From an uncultured Candidatus Saccharibacteria bacterium (GTDB taxonomy: Bacteria; Patescibacteriota; Minisyncoccia; Phycocordibacterales; UBA2100), in assembly GCA_964623775.1 (NCBI GenBank), contig CAZUVH010000002.1, positions 1,089-65,088 on the forward strand: a DNA stretch of 64,000 nucleotides, in the 5' to 3' direction. The position numbers were made by a program, and so were the translations under genes. Numbering within the stretch: position 1 is the stretch's first letter; every line of letters begins with the position of its first letter. The notes under the pieces are model-generated. The model searched no databases, was not told the origin of the DNA, and saw only the letters and a program-made list of their open reading frames with translations. This document shows, in pieces, positions 21,736-29,170 of this stretch.

Positions 21736-22836
21736 ATGCACAAACGCCTCGCTATCGGCGTCGCTTTCATCACGCTGCTCTCCGCAACAAGCGTACTTGC
21801 CGCCACCATGAATGAGGCGGTAATTGCAAAATTTGCGGAGGTGGAGCAGCAATACCAACTCCCACAAGGGATACTCGCAAAGATCGCGAAGATCGAAAGC
21901 AACGGTAATGTGCAGGCGCTCAATGGCTCCACGCAAGCAGGCGGCCTTTTCCAGTGGATACCGAGATATTGGTACGATGCGGCAAGTAAGGTGTACCCGC
22001 CAGGCTCCGGTGCTCTCAATCCGCAGTCGCGCTTCAATCCTTTTATCGCGACGGAGGTGACCGGGTACAGTCTAAGGCATGTCAAAAACGTGGTTGGGCC
22101 ACTCATTCAAGCGGCAAATGCCGATCTCTCCGTCGGGCTCTATATGGGCCATTTCCTCGGTGCCGGAGGCGCCTCAAAGTTTTTTGCAATTATGAAGGCA
22201 AATCCGCAAGGTTCAGCCTCGCAATATTTCCCGAAAGAAGCGCAATACAATAGTTCCGTCTTCAGCGGGCGCACAATTGCGGGAGTATATAACTTTTTTG
22301 CATCCAAAATGCAGGCGCCAGGGATCTCGGGTGTTTCCAACTACGATGGTTCTTATACCGGACCGATGACCGGCAGAATAATGGATGCTAGCGGGAATAC
22401 GGCGCTCCAACAATCGTATACCGCCATACCTCCTGCTGCGCCGTATAGGACGTACCCGACAACGTTTAATGCTGCGCAAGATTCGAGCTATGCCAATACA
22501 AACCTCCCGCCACAAACACCAAATACCACACCCCCACCTTCTTCGCCCGGACCAGGGAGTTCTTCAGTTGTTTTTCCACCGGCCAGCTTGATCATTGCGC
22601 AGCCGTCGGTTGTTACAAAAGGTGATGTCGTGGTGGTGTCGTGGACTTCGGTCGGGATGAATACGTCGACGCAGTGCGAGATCACTTCTGATGGGGGTAC
22701 ACAAACTGCGCGCAGCAACGAGGGCACTCTCTATGTCGACACGAGCACGATGTCGTCTATCGTTACGTTCACACAGCGCTGTACGTCAAAAGCGGGGGAT
22801 TTGATAGAGAAAACAGCAAGCGTTACACTCCGGTAA
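21736..22836 (+). CDS. secreted SLT-domain (lytic transglycosylase-like) protein with Pro/Ser-rich linker
   Basis: Signal peptide, then IAKIESNGNVQALNGSTQAGGLFQW resembling the SLT ES...GLMQ catalytic motif; PPQTPNTTPPPSSPGPGSS linker. Confidence 0.5.
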   Translation: MHKRLAIGVAFITLLSATSVLAATMNEAVIAKFAEVEQQYQLPQGILAKIAKIESNGNVQALNGSTQAGGLFQWIPRYWYDAASKVYPPGSGALNPQSRFNPFIATEVTGYSLRHVKNVVGPLIQAANADLSVGLYMGHFLGAGGASKFFAIMKANPQGSASQYFPKEAQYNSSVFSGRTIAGVYNFFASKMQAPGISGVSNYDGSYTGPMTGRIMDASGNTALQQSYTAIPPAAPYRTYPTTFNAAQDSSYANTNLPPQTPNTTPPPSSPGPGSSSVVFPPASLIIAQPSVVTKGDVVVVSWTSVGMNTSTQCEITSDGGTQTARSNEGTLYVDTSTMSSIVTFTQRCTSKAGDLIEKTASVTLR

Positions 22837-22837
22837 T

Positions 22838-23146
22838 ATGCCGGGCAAGAAATTCCAACGACGCGAAGAGGACTTCGTGTGCGAGCACTGCAAGACAAAG
22901 GTGGTCGGTGATGGTTATACAAATCACTGCCCCAAGTGCCTATGGAGCAAGCACGTGGACGTACATCCTGGGGACCGTGCGGAAGCGTGCGGCGGCATGA
23001 TGGAGCCGATCCGGGTGGAGGGCACGACGGATGCCTATCGACTCATCCATCGCTGCAAGCGCTGCGACATGGAGCGTAAAAATGACGTCGCGAAGAATGA
23101 CGATCCCGAAGCGCTCATTGCACTTGCGAGTAAAAGGAGGCTCTGA
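22838..23146 (+). CDS. RNHCP zinc-ribbon domain protein
   Basis: CEHC...YTNHCPKC...HRCKRCD Cys clusters including the eponymous NHCP motif. Confidence 0.6.
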   Translation: MPGKKFQRREEDFVCEHCKTKVVGDGYTNHCPKCLWSKHVDVHPGDRAEACGGMMEPIRVEGTTDAYRLIHRCKRCDMERKNDVAKNDDPEALIALASKRRL

Positions 23147-23153
23147 TCAATTT

Positions 23154-23300
23154 GCCCGGTTAGTAAAATTTCGGCTTGCCGAAGGCGAACGCTGAGAATC
23201 TAAAACGAAGTCACTTAGTTTATACTGCGTTGTCGACCTCGATGTACTCTGTGACGGCAAGAAGCAGGAGCCGAAATTATACTACCGGGTTTGCAGCATT
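23154..23300 (+). ncRNA. candidate structured RNA element / long attenuator-terminator hairpin
   Basis: Arms cccggttagtaaaatttcggc (23155-23175) and gccgaaattatactaccggg (23270-23289) pair over about 16 of 20 positions. An alternative local hairpin ttcggc-tt-gccgaa exists; T-run follows the 3' arm. Confidence 0.3.
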
Positions 23301-23468
23301 TTTTTGCCGTGTCATCATTGAGGGGTGCCTAATTTTGAAGATATTCTCGAAAAGATCATGAATGCTCTCGGAATCTGGGAGCCCATCCACGATGATGAGC
23401 ATAAACACGATGCGAGCGGAGTTCACAATGAAGTAGAAAGCGATACGTAAACATTAATTATTTTCAAC

Positions 23469-24059
23469 ATGCAAAAAAAGATTTTCTTACTCCTCGGTCA
23501 TCCAGATAAAAGCGGCATGTGCGGTAAATTGGCCGACGCATACGAAACGGGTGCGCGCGAGGGCGGTCATGAGATTCAGCGTCTCAACATCGGGGAAATG
23601 CAGTTTGATCCCATTTTGCACAAGGGTTATCGCGCGATGCAGGATTTGGAGCCGGATCTCAGGAAATTTCAGGAACTGGTGCAATGGGCGGATCACACGG
23701 TGATCATCTATCCTGTGTGGTGGGTCGGTATGCCGGCGCTTCTCAAAGGACTATTTGATCGCGCCTGGCTTCCGGGATCGGCATTTCGATATATCAAGAC
23801 CAAGGCGGGCAAGCGCACCATCTTCTGGCATCGCCTTTTCCGCGGCAAGACGGCACGCACGATCCTCACGAGCGGTACCGCTCCATTGCTCGTGCGTTTT
23901 TTGCCAGGCAACGTCAATGCGCAGCTTAAATGGGGGATTCTGTGGTTTGCGGGCTTTTCCGTACGCAGCCTCTGGCTCGGCCCCGCAGAAAACGTCCCCG
24001 AAGCAAAGTGCACCGCATGGTGCGATCGCGCCAAAGAATTGGGACGTAGAGCAAGATAA
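23469..24059 (+). CDS. flavodoxin-like fold NAD(P)H dehydrogenase (quinone) family protein
   Basis: LLGHPDKSGMCGKLADAY...HTVIIYPVWWVGMPALLKGLFDR matches the Flavodoxin_2/MdaB-KefF family. Confidence 0.65.
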   Translation: MQKKIFLLLGHPDKSGMCGKLADAYETGAREGGHEIQRLNIGEMQFDPILHKGYRAMQDLEPDLRKFQELVQWADHTVIIYPVWWVGMPALLKGLFDRAWLPGSAFRYIKTKAGKRTIFWHRLFRGKTARTILTSGTAPLLVRFLPGNVNAQLKWGILWFAGFSVRSLWLGPAENVPEAKCTAWCDRAKELGRRAR

Positions 24060-24067
24060 CAAAATAA

Positions 24068-24094
24068 AACGAGCGGTCGAAACCGCTCGTTTAT
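24068..24094 (+). terminator. intrinsic terminator
   Basis: acgagcggt-cgaaa-accgctcgt hairpin followed by ttta-tctt. Confidence 0.5.
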
Positions 24095-24099
24095 CTTGT

Positions 24100-24175
24100 G
24101 AGGATAGCGAGAGAAGTGAAAGTTTACTTTCACTTCCGAGCGACGCAGCAAGTAAAGGTTTATCCTTTCAGAATG
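24100..24175 (+). ncRNA. repeated structured element, copy A (two hairpins with TTTA loops flanking conserved CCGAGCGACGCAG)
   Basis: gaggatagcgagagaagtgaaag-ttta-ctttcacttc-cgagcgacgcag-caagtaaagg-ttta-tcctttc; paralogous copy at 33731..33805 with compensatory stem changes. Confidence 0.45.
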
Positions 24176-24371
24176 TGCGCACTTTTTTCCAGAGCATGAG
24201 ACTGCTTCGCCAGATTGCTGGAATGTACGACACGTAAAAGGTCGCTGAGGCGATGAGCCATGCGTACCATACCTCAATGAAGAAGCAGAGTACGGCAAGG
24301 ACAAGGGCCCAGACGATCCAGGGGAGTACCCAGAGGATCATGCGCCTCTCCTTTCTGACGAGACAATACAA
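24168..24371 (-). CDS. small membrane protein (hypothetical)
   Basis: 67 aa with two TM segments. Confidence 0.35.
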   Translation of the reverse strand: MYCLVRKERRMILWVLPWIVWALVLAVLCFFIEVWYAWLIASATFYVSYIPAIWRSSLMLWKKVRTF

Positions 24372-24400
24372 CGAAAATCCGTTATACTCAACCCTTAATT

Positions 24401-25495
24401 ATGAAAATCGGAATCGTCGGCCTCCCAAATGTTGGGAAATCAACGCTTTTTAACGCCCTTACTCGTAAGGGTGTCCTTGTAGCTAATTATCCATTTGCGA
24501 CCATCGACCCATCGGTTGGCGTTGTGGCGGTACCGGATTTTCGGCTCGATCGGCTCTCTGAAATGTCTCAAACGAAAAAGCGAGTGCCTGCAATCGTGGA
24601 ATTCGTGGATATCGCCGGATTGGTAAAGGGCGCTTCGGAAGGAGAGGGTCTGGGCAATCAATTCTTGCAGCACATTCGCGAAGTCGATGCGATCGCGGAA
24701 GTTGTCCGCATCTTTGATGACGAGGACGTGCATCATGTCGCCGGCTCAATCGATCCTCGCTACGATATCGAAATTATTGACCTCGAATTGGTGCAAGCTG
24801 ATTTGCAGTCGGCAGAAAAACGCCTCGATCGCGTGACGCGTGATTCGCGCGGTGGCGATAAGGATGCGCTTGCCGAAAAGGAGGTTCTCGAAAAGATCAT
24901 CCAGCCGCTCCGACAAGGAAAGGCGGCACGTACCGCGAACCTTACTGATGAGGAAAAAGCTATCGCGAAAGGTTTCCACTTCTTGACCATGAAGCCGATT
25001 CTCTACATCCTCAACCGCAAAAGCGGTGTCGTGAATATAGATGCTGAGAATGGCCAACGATGGCATGATTTGAAAAGTTTTCTAGACCAGAGCGACGCCA
25101 AGTACGTGGTCGTTGATGCGGGTGTAGAGAATGAGCTTGGCGATGTGCACGCTGATGAAAAAGCTGATTTCCGCCGCGAGCTTGGTGTCGCAGATGACGG
25201 CCTCGATGCACTCATCAAGGCTGGTTATGAGCTCCTTGATCTCATTTCCTTTTTCACGACAGGCGTAGAGGAGACACGCGCGTGGACGATTCATCGCGGC
25301 GACAAAGCACCGGATGCGGGTGCCGCGATCCACACGGATTTCAAAGATAAATTCATCCGGGCCGATACGATTCATTGGGACAAGCTGCTTGAAGTCGGTT
25401 CCTGGTCAAAGGCGCGAGAGAAGGGGATGGTCCGCTCGGAGGGTAAAGAATACGTCGTCCAAGACGGCGACGTCATGGAGTTTAAACACAGTTAA
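24401..25495 (+). CDS. ychF: ribosome-binding ATPase YchF (Obg-family GTPase)
   Basis: MKIGIVGLPNVGKSTLFNALT G1 motif, 364 aa, TGS-like C-terminus. Confidence 0.95.
   Translation: MKIGIVGLPNVGKSTLFNALTRKGVLVANYPFATIDPSVGVVAVPDFRLDRLSEMSQTKKRVPAIVEFVDIAGLVKGASEGEGLGNQFLQHIREVDAIAEVVRIFDDEDVHHVAGSIDPRYDIEIIDLELVQADLQSAEKRLDRVTRDSRGGDKDALAEKEVLEKIIQPLRQGKAARTANLTDEEKAIAKGFHFLTMKPILYILNRKSGVVNIDAENGQRWHDLKSFLDQSDAKYVVVDAGVENELGDVHADEKADFRRELGVADDGLDALIKAGYELLDLISFFTTGVEETRAWTIHRGDKAPDAGAAIHTDFKDKFIRADTIHWDKLLEVGSWSKAREKGMVRSEGKEYVVQDGDVMEFKHS
25405..25495 (+). repeat. direct repeat copy 1 (native 3' end of ychF)
   Basis: About 83-90 bp repeated at 25957..26045. Confidence 0.85.
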
Positions 25496-25502
25496 AAAAA
25501 CA

Positions 25503-25531
25503 GAGGCCTCCGTATGTATATACGGAGGCCA
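25503..25531. terminator. bidirectional intrinsic terminator shared by ychF and cassette gene
   Basis: gaggcctccgta-tgtata-tacggaggcc perfect hairpin flanked by A7 / T-rich runs. Confidence 0.65.
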
Positions 25532-25536
25532 TGGTG

Positions 25537-25881
25537 TTATTGGATCGGCACATGCTTGCCGTCGTCGATTCGCCAGGCTTTGTAGTGCCCATCGGCGTTG
25601 AGATCGTCGGCGTCAATGTAAATCGTCACGGACTCGAAATCATGGGCAACATACTTAGACGCTTTTTCTACCTTCTGATCTCGTCTTGCTAGAGCCATCT
25701 CCAGCGTGGCATGACGCTCGGGATCGATATGCCCACCCTTCCAAAGTAGGACTCGGTGGGCTGTCATGGTGCCCTTGGCAAACTCGATCATGCTGTTGAG
25801 CTGTTGCCCCCAGAATGTGTCTGCGATGTAGCTGCCATCAAGCTTCGTAACGACGAAGTATCGAGAATCAAGATCAAACAT
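25537..25881 (-). CDS. hypothetical soluble protein, cassette inserted after ychF
   Basis: 114-aa ORF; own promoter (TTGACT-16-TAAAAT on the minus strand) and terminator. Confidence 0.55.
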   Translation of the reverse strand: MFDLDSRYFVVTKLDGSYIADTFWGQQLNSMIEFAKGTMTAHRVLLWKGGHIDPERHATLEMALARRDQKVEKASKYVAHDFESVTIYIDADDLNADGHYKAWRIDDGKHVPIQ

Positions 25882-25914
25882 GCAGAGACCCTTTCGATGA
25901 GAAACTCTTTATGT

Positions 25915-25942
25915 ATTTTAGCACAAACATTCAATAAGTCAA
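25915..25942 (-). promoter_or_regulatory. sigma70-like promoter for cassette gene (TTGACT-16-TAAAAT)
   Basis: Reverse strand reads ttgact-tattgaatgtttgtgc-taaaat about 35 nt upstream of the ATG. Confidence 0.5.
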
Positions 25943-25956
25943 TTCATCGTCGTTGA

Positions 25957-26045
25957 CAAAAAAGCGAGAGAAGGGGATGGTCCGCTCGGAGGGTAAAGAA
26001 TACGTCGTCCAAGACGGCGATGTCATGGAGTTTAAGCATTCGTAG
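25957..26045 (+). repeat. direct repeat copy 2: displaced duplicate of ychF 3' end (last ~27 codons plus stop), remnant
   Basis: Encodes ...EKGMVRSEGKEYVVQDGDVMEFKHS*, identical in protein to the YchF C-terminus. Differences GAC/GAT, AAA/AAG, CAC/CAT, AGT/TCG, TAA/TAG are all synonymous. Confidence 0.85.
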
Positions 26046-26088
26046 TGTAGAATCCCGATAGTCAAAAATCAGCTGAAAGGACTGCCTG

Positions 26089-26757
26089 ATGCCCCGATCT
26101 GCGGATTATTGGATCAAGGAATATAGTAAACGCGATGCTCTGTGGATTCATGATGGAAATCCGAAGCGTCCTCACGCACTCCTTACCTCGGGGAACCACT
26201 CCAACGGCTTCTTCAATAGTAGACCGGTGATTTCCGACACCCATTTACTTACAGAGGCAGCCTTCTGTCTACTCGACCATTTCTATCAGCAGGCCAGTGG
26301 AAACGTGATCATCAATGCTGTCGTGGGTCCTCAGACAGGGGCTACAAAATTGGCCGAATTGATTTGCGACTTACTTGTGCTGGGGACGCGCTATGATTGC
26401 GTCCACGTTTCTCCCGCAAAATCCGAAGTAGACGGCAAGAAAGTAATGGTCTTCAGTGATACGGAAGAAATTGCTATGCGCGGTAGGGCTGCAATCCTTT
26501 GCGAAGATGTGCTGACGACGGGTGGCAGTGTGGATCTCACTGCAGCGGCGGTCGAAAAGGCGGGCGGCACCGTTTTGCCGTACGTGCTCGTGCTTGTGAA
26601 TCGATCAGGTCTCACCGAGGTCAACGGCAAAAAAATCGTTGCACTGATTGATCGAGCGATGCCCATCTGGGAGCCGCATGAGTGTCCGCTCTGCAAGCAG
26701 GGCTCGGAGGCGCTGCGCCCCAAAGACAATTGGGCGCGACTGAACGCAGATTATTAA
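26089..26757 (+). CDS. phosphoribosyltransferase-domain protein (orotate PRTase-like)
   Basis: PRPP-binding motif AILCEDVLTTGGSV. Confidence 0.6.
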   Translation: MPRSADYWIKEYSKRDALWIHDGNPKRPHALLTSGNHSNGFFNSRPVISDTHLLTEAAFCLLDHFYQQASGNVIINAVVGPQTGATKLAELICDLLVLGTRYDCVHVSPAKSEVDGKKVMVFSDTEEIAMRGRAAILCEDVLTTGGSVDLTAAAVEKAGGTVLPYVLVLVNRSGLTEVNGKKIVALIDRAMPIWEPHECPLCKQGSEALRPKDNWARLNADY

Positions 26758-26759
26758 AG

Positions 26760-26790
26760 TAAAGCGGCCCGAAATGGGCCGCTTTGTTTT
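26760..26790 (+). terminator. intrinsic terminator
   Basis: aagcggccc-gaaat-gggccgctt followed by tgttttta-tttt. Confidence 0.6.
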
Positions 26791-27203
26791 TATTTTCGCT
26801 CAAATTTTTGCATAAGGTCGCGCACAACGCCCCTATCTCTCTCAAGCTGATCGAGTTTGAGACGCTGTTCTTGAGACCACTGCACAAGATCCCTCCATGT
26901 CTTGCTGTCGACAAAGCCAATAGTTCCATTAGGACAGCCGTAACTGACCTCGTTGGAGCGATAGTCTACCAAGACTCGTCCACCATCTTCACCAATAGCT
27001 GTTAGCTCCGCGTGGCCCTCAGTGACACAGGTGTCACCATATTTCAGATTTTTGATGCCACCGGGGTTTCGCACAGCGATTGATATATTTGGCCTCGATG
27101 TGAGCTTTGTTCCTGGTGTGGCCACTCCCTGTTGCGAGTTCACCCCGTCTGTCACAAGGAATAAAAACAGGACGACTAGCAAGCCCAGCAAATATCTTTC
27201 CAT
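26790..27203 (-). CDS. secreted hypothetical protein
   Basis: Start assumed at the MERYLLGLLVVLFLFLVTDG signal peptide; the ORF extends to 27275. Confidence 0.45.
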   Translation of the reverse strand: MERYLLGLLVVLFLFLVTDGVNSQQGVATPGTKLTSRPNISIAVRNPGGIKNLKYGDTCVTEGHAELTAIGEDGGRVLVDYRSNEVSYGCPNGTIGFVDSKTWRDLVQWSQEQRLKLDQLERDRGVVRDLMQKFERK

Positions 27204-27307
27204 CGTAAAACCTCCGTGGATCCTGCTCTCAAGTGTATAGAAGCGGCGTATATACGCAAATGTCGCCAAAGACAAAAAGAGGACGCCCAGCGGGCGTCCT
27301 TTGATCT

Positions 27308-27841
27308 TTAGTCGTCGTCTTTCTCAATAGCAAGGCCCAGGCGCTTGTATGCATGTGCGCGAAGTTCTTTGTTCTGATCGTAGCCTTTGTAATCCGAGTG
27401 AGCACCGCGCATATTCGCCGGCAAATCTTTCATGCGATGAATGAATGCATCGGAAGCATACGGATGCTGGACGAGTAAAATATCGAGATACCACAGACCC
27501 TTTTGCTCAAGGTCGTGGATCACCCTCGCCGGAGTCTCGATATTGCTCGCGAGCGCTTGCCATACAGGCCACACCATCCCCTGGTCCTCAAACATATATT
27601 CGCGCGCAATTCGCTGAAGCGTCCTCGGGGTAGCCCGGGGCGATCTTGCGTCTACTGTGCGCAGGGCGGCAAGCATTGCGGCCCGCTTTTCAACGAGTGC
27701 CGCGCCCTTATGTCTCGGGTATTTCCAACCGTTTTCACCAGTAATCACTGTCATCGAGGCCTCCGTGTCTCGCATGGTTGTATCAAATTCTGAGGGAATA
27801 ACCAACCTGTCTTGAAGGGGCCAATATGTTATCCTATACAC
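27308..27841 (-). CDS. hypothetical protein
   Basis: 177-aa ORF; no motifs recognised. Confidence 0.4.
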   Translation of the reverse strand: MYRITYWPLQDRLVIPSEFDTTMRDTEASMTVITGENGWKYPRHKGAALVEKRAAMLAALRTVDARSPRATPRTLQRIAREYMFEDQGMVWPVWQALASNIETPARVIHDLEQKGLWYLDILLVQHPYASDAFIHRMKDLPANMRGAHSDYKGYDQNKELRAHAYKRLGLAIEKDDD

Positions 27842-28801
27842 ATGGACAAACCAAAAATAACACCCAAGGATTTCTTCCTCTGGGCGATGGCAATGATAGC
27901 CCTTTATTCAAGTATTTTCGCCCTTATCACGCTTCTCTTTGGATATATAGATTACGCGTTTCCCGATGCGCTCAATAGCTATATCGATCCCTACAGTAGC
28001 GGCATGCGCTACCAGATCGCGACGCTCCTCGTGATGTTCCCGCTCTTCCTCGTGGTCATGCGCTTTATCCGCAAGGACATCGTGCGCGATCCGACACGAA
28101 GCGATATCTGGATTCGTCGCTGGGCACTCTACCTCACCGTCTTCCTCGCTGGACTCACGATGGTCATCGATCTTATTGTGCTCGTTAATTCATTTCTTGG
28201 CGGGGAGATAACGACACGATTCGTCCTTAAAGTGCTCGTAGTCCTCGGCATCGCTGGGGTCGCATTTATGCACTTCCTTGCAGATATCTGGGGGTATTGG
28301 AGCCAATATCCTTCCCGTGCCCGCTCGGTAGGATGGGGAGTGGGCGCACTCGTACTGGTCGCTATCGGGGCAGGATTCTTCATCATGGGCTCTCCTTCGC
28401 AGATTCGTCTCTATCGCTTTGACGACACCAAGGTCTCTGACCTCCAAAATATCCAATGGCAAGTCGTTAATTATTGGCAGCAGAAGCAATCGCTCCCGAC
28501 GACTCTTGGCGATATCCAGGATCCGATCAGTGGGTATGTGATCCCGAAAGATCCGCAGACCGGAGAAATGTACAAATACGAGGCGACCGGTCCGATGACA
28601 TTCAAGCTCTGCGCGACGTTTAACGCAGAGACTCAGCTGAATTCGATGAATAACAACATGTATGCACGACCGATCGGGATCGAAGGGAAAGATCCGATGG
28701 GCGAGACGTGGCAGCATGGCGTAGGGGAGACCTGTTTCGAGCGCACAATCGATCCCGAGCGCTATCCTCCGTACAACAAGCAGCCCGCAAAAGTCATCTA
28801 A
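27842..28801 (+). CDS. integral membrane protein with C-terminal soluble domain (hypothetical)
   Basis: Start taken at the MDKPKITP Met; five to six TM helices followed by a soluble region. Confidence 0.5.
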   Translation: MDKPKITPKDFFLWAMAMIALYSSIFALITLLFGYIDYAFPDALNSYIDPYSSGMRYQIATLLVMFPLFLVVMRFIRKDIVRDPTRSDIWIRRWALYLTVFLAGLTMVIDLIVLVNSFLGGEITTRFVLKVLVVLGIAGVAFMHFLADIWGYWSQYPSRARSVGWGVGALVLVAIGAGFFIMGSPSQIRLYRFDDTKVSDLQNIQWQVVNYWQQKQSLPTTLGDIQDPISGYVIPKDPQTGEMYKYEATGPMTFKLCATFNAETQLNSMNNNMYARPIGIEGKDPMGETWQHGVGETCFERTIDPERYPPYNKQPAKVI

Positions 28802-28809
28802 AAGAAAAA

Positions 28810-28832
28810 GGACCCTGAAAAGGGTCCTTTCG
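28810..28832. terminator. bidirectional intrinsic terminator
   Basis: aggaccc-tgaaaa-gggtcct between convergent genes. Confidence 0.6.
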
Positions 28833-28834
28833 AA

Positions 28835-29104
28835 TCACAGTAGCCACAAACTATTGTAGCCATCGATTTGCCATCGTTGCCACCCGAGGACAATCCACTG
28901 CACAGTGTTAATCCCCATAAAAAAGGCACTCCAATACTGCTCAAGGGCAGCATCAGCCACCACCATAAGTATCATCCCAATTGTGACACCGACGGATGTG
29001 AGGAGCGCGGGCTTTGAATCACTGCGGTGAACTGTCGGGATCATTGTGATGATGAAAATAATATTTGCGACCATCATCGCGGCATCTTGCCAGGTGATCT
29101 CCAT
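28835..29104 (-). CDS. small three-TM membrane protein (hypothetical)
   Basis: 89 aa, three hydrophobic helices. Confidence 0.4.
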   Translation of the reverse strand: MEITWQDAAMMVANIIFIITMIPTVHRSDSKPALLTSVGVTIGMILMVVADAALEQYWSAFFMGINTVQWIVLGWQRWQIDGYNSLWLL

Positions 29105-29170
29105 TATCGAGGCCTCCTTTTACTGAAGAAAATAGTATCACCACTGAGGCTGATATGGTACCTTATTTCA

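Noticed and set aside
23154-23290. SRP (4.5S) RNA
   Set aside because: Terminal arms pair as in 4.5S RNA and an AAGAAGCAGG tract is present, but it is not at the apex of the hairpin and the universal GNAA/GGAA apical loop context is missing.
23340-23435. 30-aa ORF (MNALGIWEPIHDDEHKHDASGVHNEVESDT) upstream of the flavodoxin-like gene
   Set aside because: No convincing RBS and no hydrophobic or conserved features; could be a leader peptide but unsupported.
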